Source: Octopus sinensis
Taxonomy: Eukaryota
Length of the DNA stretch: 25,396 nt
NCBI RefSeq assembly: GCF_006345805.1
Contig: NW_021836109.1
Span: 1 to 25,396, forward strand
Direction of reading: 5' to 3'
This document shows, piece after piece, positions 11,221 through 21,593 of this stretch (within the stretch, counting starts at the first letter, position 1; each line of letters starts with the position of its first letter). The notes below the pieces were generated by a model. That model saw only the letters and a program-made list of their open reading frames with translations. It did not search any database and was not told the DNA's origin. The translations under genes and the position numbers were made by a program.

Positions 11221-11707
11221 TTAGTGTACCAGATTGCATTGACTGGTCTATCAAGCAGGTGGGAGACTGGGTCAAAACAGAACTTGGCCACCCTGAGTTG
11301 GCAGTAACCAATGCTTGATTAATCGAAAGGAATGCTTTGAGAATAACTACATAAATGGCCGAAAACTAATTCACATGCACGCCTCAAATTTACCTAAAAT
11401 TGGAATCAGAGATTGGAATCTGATCAAAGTTTTTTGATAACTTTTAGTTTAGTTTATTTCATTGGAAATAAGGAAACTCTTAGGAATCGACTTGGAGGAA
11501 TATTCACGCTGCATTTCCCTCCAGCCTAGAGATAATTTAGGTTTAAACTTTAACTTTTAAGCAGCTCTGTTTCTTGAACTGAAAAGTAGAAGTGGAAAGA
11601 AATCTGACAAACTTGGACCGACAGAGTTTCGAAAATTAAATAAAAATGCAAAATGGCAGCCACCATTGGCTAATCTGCGGACAACAATGTCATATCTCTT
11701 CACATAA
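11221..11707 (+). CDS. SAMD15: SAM-domain protein, SAMD15-like (5' end unresolved)
   Basis: Spliced product: VPDCIDWSIKQVGDWVKTELGHPELA|ECFENNYINGRKLIHMHASNLPKIGIRDWNLIK|FISLEIRKLLGI...CISLQPRDNL|ALFLELKSRSGKKSDKL...TAA (11705-11707). Introns 11304-11329, 11429-11452 and 11541-11564. It matches the SAMD15 pattern ECF..N.I.GRKLIH...SNLP..GI. The start codon lies upstream and was not resolved. Confidence 0.75.
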
Positions 11708-11997
11708 TTATTTCTACTTACTAACAAATGATATATTTGATAAAAAATTACGTATTCTAACTTATTCCATTCGTTGAATGAGTATGCAATCTCTTTGCTT
11801 GATTACTACTTCAGTCTGATCGAATTCAAGCCAAGTGAATACGATGAAATGTAGTCAGGAGAGTACTCTAAGAGAATCACCTCCATGTCCTGACAAGACA
11901 GATTATACTCATTTCGGACAGTTGGAACATGGGATGAGTAATGTCGTCTATTTAAGTGATAGAGGTTTTACTACAATGCACAAAAATTAAAATACCA

Positions 11998-12069
11998 GCC
12001 TCGGTGGTGTAGCGGTTATCACGTTCGCCTTACACGCGAAAGGTTCTGGGTCAACTCCCAGTCGGGGTA
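11998..12069 (+). tRNA. tRNA-Val(TAC), T-loop one base short (possible pseudogene or sequence error)
   Basis: Cloverleaf: acceptor GCCTCGG/TCGGGGT (three G-U pairs), A-box TGGTGTAGCGG, anticodon stem TTCGC/GCGAA with TAC at 12031-12033, T-stem CTGGG/CCCAG with a 6-nt loop TCAACT, discriminator A. T5 Pol III terminator at 12078-12082. Confidence 0.8.
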
Positions 12070-13926
12070 TCATTCTATTTTTCCAAATTCAACATTTTGG
12101 TCATATTTTGTCGCGGGTGGATAAATTGTGAGACATTGTTAGAAATTCTTGTTAAATGCTGCCTTTTTCTCCTGGATTGACTAACTCCTAAGAAATGTTT
12201 AAGAAACAGCCTACCTATTGATGAGAAGGCTTTTCGTTTTAAACTTTTCAATGTATTTCATCATTTTATTTTTATTATACAATTTTTTATTTTTGAAAAG
12301 CTTCTTGAGCCGTCTGGTTAAATTTCTAAACAATCCTTTGACTTTAGGGAATTTTGGGTCTTCCATGTATTTGGGTCTAAAATTGTCATTAAATCCATTT
12401 CAATACACAAGTCACTAAATCCATTTCCTTATTTCTCATCGAATGTCACGAGGATACCGGAAATATTTCGCAGCCCAGATTTTTAATAGGAGTTTTAAGT
12501 GACTCACGTCCGATGGTCTTATTTTTTGACGTTGTTAAAAGGATAGTCGAGAGCTTACAAGTCAGCTCAACGACCCCCGCTGAGTATTCAACGGCAGTTT
12601 TCCCGAATTCGCAAGTAGTAAAATTACTTAGTTAATTAGTTTCTTTTTTAATAAAGTATTTATGTATCTTTACTTAAATAATTGTATTATCCCCAACTCT
12701 AAAAATTAAATTAAAACACCAGTATATTTTTTTATTTTTAAATAATAAACGATTATTGATGTAACCGTAAATCTTTTGGAAGTTTTTGGACGTTGAATGC
12801 GTAGTAAAGTGTCAAAACCAATAGAATAATTTATAAAAATTTGATTTAGTATGGAGCTAGATCTTCAGATACTTTCTCAATTTTCTGAGAACCTGTATTA
12901 CTGGTAAGCTGTTAGTTAAGTCAACTTTGTTAATTTATGAAGAACAAAATTCTTCAGTAAATATAAGAATATTTTGCTTTATTAAATTCTCAATCTCAAT
13001 AAAGGCTGCTTATTTTTTGCAAGATGACTAATTTTGTAGCAAGCTATTGGTAACATGGCCTGTTTAGACAAAATGGTTCGTAGTTTATTATTTGATCTCA
13101 AATTGAAATTTAATTTTTTTGATTGACCTAGAAAGAAGGATATTTGGAGAATATTAATGCATCGCTATATGACTTAAGACATTCCATAACAAAGTGACAA
13201 ATTAGGGATTGTGTGTTTAATCATGTTTATGCCTCTATTCCGAATGAGCGATGTTAAATTGGCCTCATCGATCTGAAAAGGTCTAAAGTGTTAACTGAGG
13301 ATACAAATGGATCCTATTTGTTTTTGACTTATATTGTCAATTTTATGATTATAATTATTTTAGTTTCTAAAAATATCGAGTCCCCAGATTCTAAATCTGA
13401 CAATAATAGGACAGAATTGAAAAATTCCGAAATCCGAATTGTCTGGGAAGGTTCAAGATTCAAAGGATTTACAGCAGTCTGAACAATCTAAGATTATAGT
13501 TTTTCAAGAAAATATACATATTTTTAAGGGAATTCTTGTAAAAATCAGTTAACGATGATCGAATACATAAAAGGTGTTTATTTTAACTAATGGCGAGAAT
13601 GGCTAGCAGACGGATCCTTTGATTTTGAGATAAATCCGATGAATACTAAAAAAAGATAAATAGAAGAATTGGCATAAATACAATTATTCCTTGAGAGATA
13701 ACGTTGTAAATTAATTTTTACTCTCATTAAGGTTCGGATTGCAAATTGATCTTGTTTGGAATTGTTGAAAAAAATTTATTTTTTCTTTAGTCACTTAACA
13801 ATCAATTATGAGATATTCAACGTAAACAGACAATAGAAGCTGACTTTAAAACTAGTAAAGTGAAGATGAATAAAAATCAAATCTTTTTAAAGAAAAACTA
13901 AAATACTAAAAGAAATTTTAAAAAAT

Positions 13927-14566
13927 TCATCGTTCAAGAAAAGTCGAGACTTGTTTACAAATGTCATCCACCTCAGCCATTGCCCCAAATCCTGGAGAAG
14001 ATGAAAACTAAGTCTAACCAGTATCCCCACAAGCCAAATGCTTATATATGCAGGGGATAAGCTCATATCCCAAATTCCGCAGTTTTTCCAAAGCCTCGGA
14101 AGTGGCTGGATGGTCCCACATTGTCGTGTTCATGGCAGGCGCAAAGAGAAGTGGCTTATCAGGAGGCCAACAACGAGCAATGGAGGTCTGGACTGATTAT
14201 ACTAATCTACAAGTAAATTGTCGCAGAGGCCGTGACTAATTTTTGAGAGACTGTTGGCATCGAGTGGAGCAATCAAGAAGAGAGTAGCCCAATTCCTGAT
14301 ATCAATATGTAGAATAGTGTCCTCCATCTTTTCCCACCTCTGCCGTATCAAAAATGATAGTCAACCCATTCGTCACTGTCTTGATAGACTGGGCATTTCA
14401 CAGAATCCTTCGAAAAAAAGTGCAACGCGTGTTCTGTAACAACAAGTTTTACGTTTGCAATTTTCTGGAAATATGATTGAACTTTAACCATCAATTGTTC
14501 AACAAGATGAGGAGTCTTGGTACTGGCCACACTTCCCGTACACCCAACCAAAACATTGTGCTTCAT
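13927..14566 (-). CDS. PPCDC: Phosphopantothenoylcysteine decarboxylase (HFCD flavoprotein), 187 aa, 4 exons
   Basis: Exons 14566-14366, 14339-14211, 14187-14019 and 13991-13927 with introns of 26, 23 and 27 nt total 564 nt, open, ending TGA. Motifs VLVGCTGSVA, EW..WEKMEDTILHIDIRNWA, IAPLDANSLSKISHGLCDNLLT, PAMNTTMWDHP, LACGDTGFGAMAE. Confidence 0.95.
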
Positions 14567-14717
14567 ATTTGTCTATTTTTAGTGTAAAAATTTATATACA
14601 TAATTGCAACAATAATATTTGTCAGAATTAACAAGGATCAACAACACAGCTGGCAACAGTTTGTCCCTTTGTATTTTAAATTGATTTTATTGGGAAAACG
14701 AGTCAGCAGGAATATTT

Positions 14718-14978
14718 TCAAATGTATAGTGCACAATCGTCGGCAGTGGTCGGTTCTACAGGAAGAATAGATTCCTGATTGAGAGGTTGTAATCCTAGAA
14801 TGATTTGTGTTTCATTAAATGCTTGGAAACTCGGAAAAAGTGGTGCGTAGAAGTACAACCACTTGTTATCAAAAAAATAATAAAGTCAATAAAGGTTTAG
14901 ATTATAAATAAGTGTACAGACGGATTATAAAAAGATAAAATCTTTAATATCACGCCGAAGAATGAAACTAACAAAAAT
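14718..14978 (-). other. Possible last two exons of an unidentified gene with a hydrophobic segment
   Basis: FLLVSFFGVILKILSFYNPS, a 56-nt GT..AG intron at 14862-14917, then WLYFYAPLFPSFQAFNETQ...DDCALYI* join in frame. No family recognised and no upstream exon resolved. Confidence 0.3.
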
Positions 14979-15210
14979 CTGAAATTTTAAAGTTCAAGTA
15001 AATAAAAAATATTTAGATCATAAAGGAATTTTTTTAATCTAAAAATTGAGTCAAATGCTACAAGAATCAAGTTCAGATAATGAGACCATCTTAACGGAAC
15101 GTCACTACATCTGTAAGGGTTCATAAAATGCATATTTTCCAAAGATAAAAAAGATTTATTTTTAGACAGGATTAAATTCCATTTAATTAATTGCTTTAAT
15201 ATGGCCTTTC

Positions 15211-16743
15211 GATCATTTGGCAACGAGATGCAATAGAATGTTAAATAGTGATTATATAGGGTTTTCGGATCAATATAATAATTTTTCGAACCAATATAAT
15301 AACTTTTCGAACCAAAATAATTTTTAAATTAAATAAAATTTAAATTTTATTGACCTGAATTTACTGTTAATGGATTTACATAATCAAAATGCTTCTGAAT
15401 ATTCAATCGAACCAGCGATGGTTCGCCGACAAATAATATCTAATGATGTGAGAGAAAGTATAATAAACAAATCTTTGGATGGATATTCAACCAAAGATAT
15501 TGCTCAACTGTTCGACAAAAAATATCAAACCGTTAACAGTATTTTGAAAAGTTAAACGGGGAAAGTTATTCCATCTAAACGTGGTGGAGATAGAAGGTCT
15601 AAGCTAACAGACGAAATGAAACAAGAATAAGTTGAATATGTTGATGGAAGATTGCACCAGATCTTTGAAGGATTTGAGCGAATGGATATTTTCAAATTTA
15701 ATTTAAAATTATCACTGGACAACGTCGCCAAGGCTTTAAATTCTTTTCATTATACTCTTAAAAGAGTTACATTAATACCAGAAAGAAGAAACTCAGTTTC
15801 AACTATAGAAAGCAGAAGACAATATGCAACAGATTTCAAAAATTGGAAGCTTTGCATAATGATAAAGCTTTAATATTTTTGGATGAAGTTGGCTTTAATG
15901 TCGTTACAAGACCTTCTCGAGGAAGAAGTAAGCTGGACATTCGGCACATTTACGATAATTTACTCTTTTTGATCTTTTTTTCTTTGAATTAAAAAATTCT
16001 TTGAATTTAAAAATTATTATATTGATCCGAAAAACCTATATACGCCGTCACAATGAGGTGGTGGTGAGATGTCTTCATTTAAACCTGTGTCGTAAATATG
16101 GAATCACATATTCAAAGAAACTGAAGACTCACTCAGTCCAATCAATAGTAACAACTGAGAATGTCGAGATTAGAGTCGATACGACGCTGATGACAGACAT
16201 CAAAGTACAAAATAACAAGCCGGATATATTTGTTTTCGATAAAAGGACAAGGGAGATTACTTTAGTAGAGGTCGGAATCACTTCTCAGGAGATGCTTAAG
16301 GTGGTTGAGATTGAAAAACTTCATAAATACGACCTCCCCGCTGGAGAGTTGTCCCAAATATACAAAGCGAAAGTTAAAATTGTCCCTATTGTTATGACTT
16401 GGGAGGGAATTGTGAGTAAATTCTACAAATCATATATGGATTTTTGGGTGTGGATACTATTCCGAGGGCATATATTCAATCTATTGTACTAAAGAAAACT
16501 CTTGAAAGCATGTTAGTGGAGCACCGACATGGGATAAACTTTCAAGAGAGTGATGTTAGTGAAGTCATTCATTTTCTACAACGAAAATCTCTACGACAAT
16601 TTGAGGACGACGGAATCGTGCCCATGGAACAACAATCCTGGAGTGAGGATCGGATTGGTGATGGTCGACAAGAGATTGCAGTTAGAGAGCTAAGGAATGG
16701 CTCAAAAAAACAATTTAAGTTAAATTTAATTGTTATTAATTGA
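15211..16743 (+). mobile_element. R4/Dong-like REL 3' fragment (15211-15256 plus 16039-16743), split by a Tc1 element
   Basis: Excising 15257-16038 and one TA restores DHLATRCNRMLNSDY|IRRHNEVV. It continues KTHSVQS...EIRVDT...NKPDIF...VEVGITS...EKLHKYD. One frameshift in a T5 run near 16441. Confidence 0.88.
15257..16038 (+). mobile_element. Tc1/IS630-like DNA transposon, internally deleted
   Basis: TIR TAGGGTTTTCGGATCAATATAATAAT (15257-15282) versus 16013-16038, one mismatch. TA TSD. Two further copies of a TTTTCGAACCAA(T/A)ATAAT motif inside the left end. Transposase remnants: HTH region (SIINKSLDGYSTKDIAQLF...TVNSI), KRGGDRRSKL, YTLKRVTLIPERRN, and first catalytic Asp in IFLDEVGFN. Confidence 0.9.
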
Positions 16744-16861
16744 TGTACAAAATAAATTGGCCTATTACATTGACCTTATAAATCATTGCTCGTCAACAGC
16801 TGACTGATTTATCAATTAGTTTGAATTTTCATTTAAAAAAAATTTCTATAAAATATGAACT

Positions 16862-16958
16862 AGGGAACGTCTTCGCCATTCGCGCGGCTGGTCGGGTGTC
16901 TCGTGAGGCCTTTAACTAACTTAGCTATCTGTAATTTTTGTCTTGTTTGTATAAATTA
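16862..16958 (+). mobile_element. 97-bp 5'-truncated CRE 3' end with 12-bp TSD
   Basis: Encodes GNVFAIRAAGRVSREAFN*, the CRE C-terminus. Flanked by the perfect direct repeat AAAATATGAACT (16850-16861 and 16959-16970). About 84 bp match 21689-21773 in inverted orientation. Confidence 0.8.
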
Positions 16959-17579
16959 AAAATATGAACTTAAATTGTATTATGACGAGAATCCAATTAA
17001 TTATCATAATTATAAAAACAGCAACTATCTGAATCGTTAGTAAAGAATGAAAAGTTTTTCAATTTAAATAGTTTTTTTATATAATCAAAATTTAGAGTTT
17101 TATTGAAGCTCAAAAAAACCAAAATGTTAGTCAGTTTTGCAAAATCATCTTATTCACTTTTCAATTTTATCTAATCGGCATCACTCATTAATAATGAGTT
17201 ATTTTTAATTCAGAGAATTTTAGGTTGAATGACAACACAGTAAAGATTTCCTCAGCAACAGGTGACCAGACTCTGACTTTTCTGACCTCTTCGAAGGCAG
17301 AAAGATAAAGTAATGTCTGTTCACTACGAAGCATCAATTATTAAATTGCTTCAACTCATTCACAAAATCTTAACGTTCAGAAATCGTTTTTCGACACAGT
17401 TTTAATTATCAAATGCTGAGTTTAGGACTTTGTTCTTCCATCTATTGACTTTTCGTCCATTTCGAAAAATTGCTCGTTTGGAATTCAAATATCTCAATGC
17501 GAAAAAAGAACATTGAAGATAATTCGCTGCGTCGATTTCAAGTTTTATCTTTGAGCATTGTTAGTCAGGCCAATGATCT

Positions 17580-18090
17580 CCATTCGCTAATAATCTCGTA
17601 CACAGCAAGAATATTGTCCACGAGCATATCTTTGGTTATTATGGCGTTACGATGATTTTGTTTCGGTCACCTTTAGTGGATTTAACAGTATGTTACTCAA
17701 AATAATGGCTAAAGTGAATTCTTTGAGGAATGCATGACGGTAGTGAATTTAAATGCTTTGAAGTGATCAATGCCCTCATTTTTTGGGATTTTGTGCCAAA
17801 GTGTGTATCGTAGCATACCCGTGACTTCATACATTATGTTTCTGCAGAGACAGTCTTCCTTTAAAGTACACAAATCAAAATTGAAATTTTTCATATTTCT
17901 GCCAGGCAGGAACAAGTAATTTGCTGTGATGAATATCCTGAAATTGCTCCGGAAATCTGGAAAAATATCTTCAACTTTTCTAAAAACGTTATATCGACAG
18001 ATTGACGTCTGGGGAGTGGGAACGGTGGCTTTCGAGTTGTTGGGGAATAAAATCTTCCACCCTTCATTGGTTTGGCTGATGTTTTTATTT
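17580..18090 (+). pseudogene. Degenerate protein-kinase-like fragment
   Basis: Across frameshifts: LVHSKNIV..., KCFEVINALIF, VYRSIP (at the HRD position), IAPEIW (APE at 17946-17954) and IDVWGVGTVAFELLG (subdomain IX). HRD and DFG are not intact. Confidence 0.45.
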
Positions 18091-18779
18091 TAGCTGACAA
18101 ATGAAATTGAACTTGTTCCTGAAGCAAATGATTTTATTTCAAGGTTTGAATTTGGCTTTGCAGATTTCAATGGCTTCGCAGATGTTGTATTTGCAGAAAA
18201 TAATAAAAAAATAGAAAAACAACCAAAAAATTAAAAATAAAAAAATCAACAAAATAGGGTTACATCAAAACAGGTCGTTCAATATGTTCACAAAAACTCA
18301 TAGTTTTTTGATGAAACAGGGTATTCACAGGACTTTTTGTGCGCAACGTTATTATATAATTTAGTTTGGACGGTATATAAAATAAAGATTAAATTAAAGA
18401 AAAAAATCAACAGATTGTATTCAACAATACTGTCTTTATATACAAAATAAATAAAAAAAAGACACCAATCACTGTTAAGAATGTTCATAAGCATTTATAT
18501 ATGCCTTTAAATCGACTCCCTTCGTATAAGAGAAGATTTAAAGAACCAATAAACATAACAATGATGAATTGTCAAAAATAAACAGAAAATAAAAAAAATT
18601 GTAAATACAAAATTTCATAGTGCACCACAAGAAAACTAGCGTGAAAATACGCGTGTATAATTGATTGTTTATGTATCAATTATTTTTTAATTCTAATTCA
18701 TTATAAAGTATATTAAATAACAAAAATGTCACCCTTTTAGTGAGGTTGTGAGGTGCCTCGTTTTTTCCGGCTCCCCTAA

Positions 18780-20480
18780 AAATATACTAACAATTATAAT
18801 ATGCACACAGTGTGGAAAAATGGTAAAAAACCCGACCGAACTGGGTGAATTCTACTCAGCATTATCAAAAACGTATAACGAATATGAGCCGTCCTCACTT
18901 ATATACAAAAAAGAACTCAGAATATACCTTTATGGGAAGACAGGGCAAGGATGCATGCTTTGGCCCATACTTGGCCATTTCTGGACAGTAAACGAACTGT
19001 TCTTGTGCCGCATTCTCCCATCATTCATACCACATAACCACTTGGATGGGCGAACGAAGAAATAAAGATGGAAAGCTAGTCTCTACATACAACCAAATTG
19101 ATTATATTATATGCCGGATTAATGACAAACGCCCTCTCATAGACGCACGCTCATATGAAGATTTAGTCAGTGATCAGAGAGTGGTTATTGTCACCTTCAG
19201 CAACAGATCTGCTCCGCAAAATTAAAGAGTTATTTAAACTAAAAAATAATTTTCAAATCTATGTGGGCACTCGTTTATTACGACACATAAACCGGAAATA
19301 ACGAATAATCAAGAATAAAAATGGCAAAACGTTACTGAATGCTGAGGAGCAGGTGGAGATAATTGCAACACATTTTGAGAAATTTTTCAATGTGATTAAA
19401 GACCCCTAAAGGAACTAATTACAATTTTGGAAGTAAAAACAGCATGTTAAAAACTAAAAAATAACAAAAGCCCTGGACTAGATACAATAAACCCAGAATT
19501 CAAAATATGGCCCTTACTCCCTTTTTCAAAAAATCGCTACACTACTAAATGAATGTTTTCAACTAACTCAACTTTGCACCTGGGGACAAGAATACTAATA
19601 GCTATACCAAAACCAAAGGCTGATGTAGTATGGATTCACAAATAGAGATGTGCGACACATCAAAGATATTGCAATGCCATCCACATTCTGGAATTAGATC
19701 TATCAAAAGCCTTCGACTCGGTTAACAAGAGCAAACTGATGACAGTAGTGGAAGGGATTATTGACGAATTGAGTCTAAGAATGACCCAAATTCTTCTATC
19801 TAACACAGATCTCCTTGTGAGAGTTGAAAAAAGATACTCAGGGAAATTTGAAATAAACACAGCCACCCCTCAGGAAGACTCCCTGTTGCCGCTAATATTC
19901 ACAATATACTTGGAGATCGCTATATAGGAACTGAAAAAATAGAAGAAGCGATTTATGCCGATGATGTCGACCTAATCTCTGAAAACACAAAACTTATGGA
20001 AAATGTGCTAGAAAAAGCACCAGATATACTTGGGAAATGGCTTCTCACCATGAACAGGGAAAAAACAGAATGGACAGAAATAAGACGAATGAATAACCCA
20101 TTCGAAGAGAAATGGAGGAACACTAAGAAACTTGGCTCTCTATTAGGAAGCAGCGAAGATGTCATACGAAGAAAAACGCGGCACTACACAGGCTGAAAAA
20201 CATATGGCTAAAACAGAAAGGGAACACCATAAAATAAAGGACAATGCTATACGACACATTTATCAAATTAATCCTCTTATACAACTCTTAACCTAGAGCA
20301 CGACAAAAGAGGAATTGGAGAAGCTCGACTCGTTTCATAGAAATCATCTAAGAAACATAACTGGAATGTCCTGGCCATCCAGGATCTCGCGAAGCGGACT
20401 GTACAATAAGTGTGACTGTAGGCCAATAACTCGCGAGATCATTAGGTCTCGTTGTAGACTTTTTCGACACCTCCTGAGGT
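18780..20480 (+). mobile_element. Decayed RTE-like non-LTR retrotransposon (APE endonuclease and RT)
   Basis: APE: KNPTELGEFY, HITTWMG...YNQIDYIICR...LIDARSYE...SDQRVV. RT: KNNKSPGLD, LDLSKAFDSV, PQEDSLLPLIFTIYLE, IYADD, KTE, KKLGSLLG..EDV.RRK, LDSFHRNHLRNITGMSWP. Many stops and deletions. Confidence 0.85.
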
Positions 20481-20754
20481 TAATCTAGAATAAAAATAAT
20501 TTTTTTTAAATGAACGATAAATTTTATCTGAAAATTTTATTAGGATAACCTAAAATGGACTCTGACCCTGGGACATCATCGTCTCAGTCCGATCATGTGG
20601 GCAGGATCAAACCTTTCAGAAGGATCTCCCTCGCTTGAATGGGGGATCATGGGGATTATAATTTACTGGTTTACCCTGGTCTTTTGATCATTAAATAAAT
20701 AAAAAATGGAATAACAATAAAACCGAATAAACATATTATTAATAATTAAAGAAT

Positions 20755-21290
20755 GATAATCCAATTCGTAGGCAATCTTTGTCTAATAGGTTACCGGTGG
20801 AAGGGACAGGGAGAGCATCAACCCAGGCCTCACTCCCTGTGCATCAGCCTGCGCGGAGACATGCAAGTCTGTGCTGATCGAAATTTTTGCGTAGATGTAC
20901 GTCAAGAGCTTCACATGAGATGGCATCCCATCGAGCTTGGATACACGGGTCACTGGGTCTCTTGTTGTTCAATGAATCCCACTGGTCCAAAGCGGCCACG
21001 TGATCAACTGACATTTTTCGTTCGGGTAGGTTTCTGAGAACAATGTTAGTGAGGACACGGGATGATGCCGTTGACGAAAGGAAAGCATGAAGAGCAATAG
21101 ACACAGGAGAACGGAGTCCAATCCCACCGCGGCTTACAGGCAGGGTGGATTGAATCCAACCCAGAGGGTCGAAACGTACGTTGCATAGCGACTCTGCTCC
21201 GGACTTCAGAATATTTTCAATATCGGGAAGGAGATTTTGTTCGTGAAAGCACGGAGAGCTTCTTAAAGTATATAGGAGCTTCGGAGTTGA
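20755..21290 (-). mobile_element. CRE-clade internal fragment (post-RT region)
   Basis: PKLLYTLRSSPC...WIQSTLPVSRGGIGLRS...ALHAFLSS...QARWD...RLACLRAG*..SEAWVDALPVPSTGNLLD...LRIG, with a single stop. Confidence 0.88.
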
Positions 21291-21334
21291 ACCATTTATT
21301 TAAATAGAGAAAAATAAAGAAATTAATATTAGTT

Positions 21335-21556
21335 TCAAGTTCGATTTCCAATATCATCAATTTTCTCCGACAAAAATTCTATAAACTGAACGATCATGTT
21401 GATCAAATTTAGATCATTCGGTGTCAGATTCTCTTCGTTCAAAATATATTCGTCTAACCATTGGTCTAATTCTTCAATTATGCAGCAAATTTCATTTAAT
21501 TCATTTTCAAGATAGTCATTATTCTCATTATTGTTCGGGGTGGGAATTCTTTTCAC
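21335..21556 (-). other. Unexplained acidic, helical-looking open frame (73 codons, no ATG)
   Basis: ORF track: KRIPTPNNNENNDYLENELNEICCIIEELDQWLDEYIL...FIEFLSEKIDDIGNRT*. The first codon is GTG with an in-frame stop shortly upstream. AATAAA downstream. No family recognised. Confidence 0.35.
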
Positions 21557-21593
21557 TATTTTTGTTTTTTAATTTTTTCCTATTTATAATAAA

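Noticed and set aside
12230-12625. Possible minus-strand exons and a 17-bp direct repeat (12385-12401 and 12411-12427)
   Set aside because: I could not build a consistent splice model or recognise a domain. The repeat is an isolated local duplication, not a CRISPR-like array.
12850-13900. Possible multi-exon coiled-coil gene remnant on the plus strand
   Set aside because: Only scattered short frames with stops were found, with no family assignment or coherent model.
16860-16890. Helitron 3' end (GCGAAG-type hairpin followed by CTAG on the minus strand)
   Set aside because: The hairpin lies within CRE coding sequence, the second copy has CTCG rather than CTAG, and Helitrons do not make TSDs.
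16895-16945. snRNA or SL-RNA-like gene (U2-like GGCCTTT..CTAA..TATCTGT and Sm-like AATTTTTG)
   Set aside because: The branch-point recognition sequence GTAGTA is absent, the Sm-like site is not conserved in the twin copy, and the region is explained as CRE 3' UTR.
17183-17199. Palindrome ACTCATTA-A-TAATGAGT
   Set aside because: A single 8-bp-arm palindrome in AT-rich DNA is plausible by chance.
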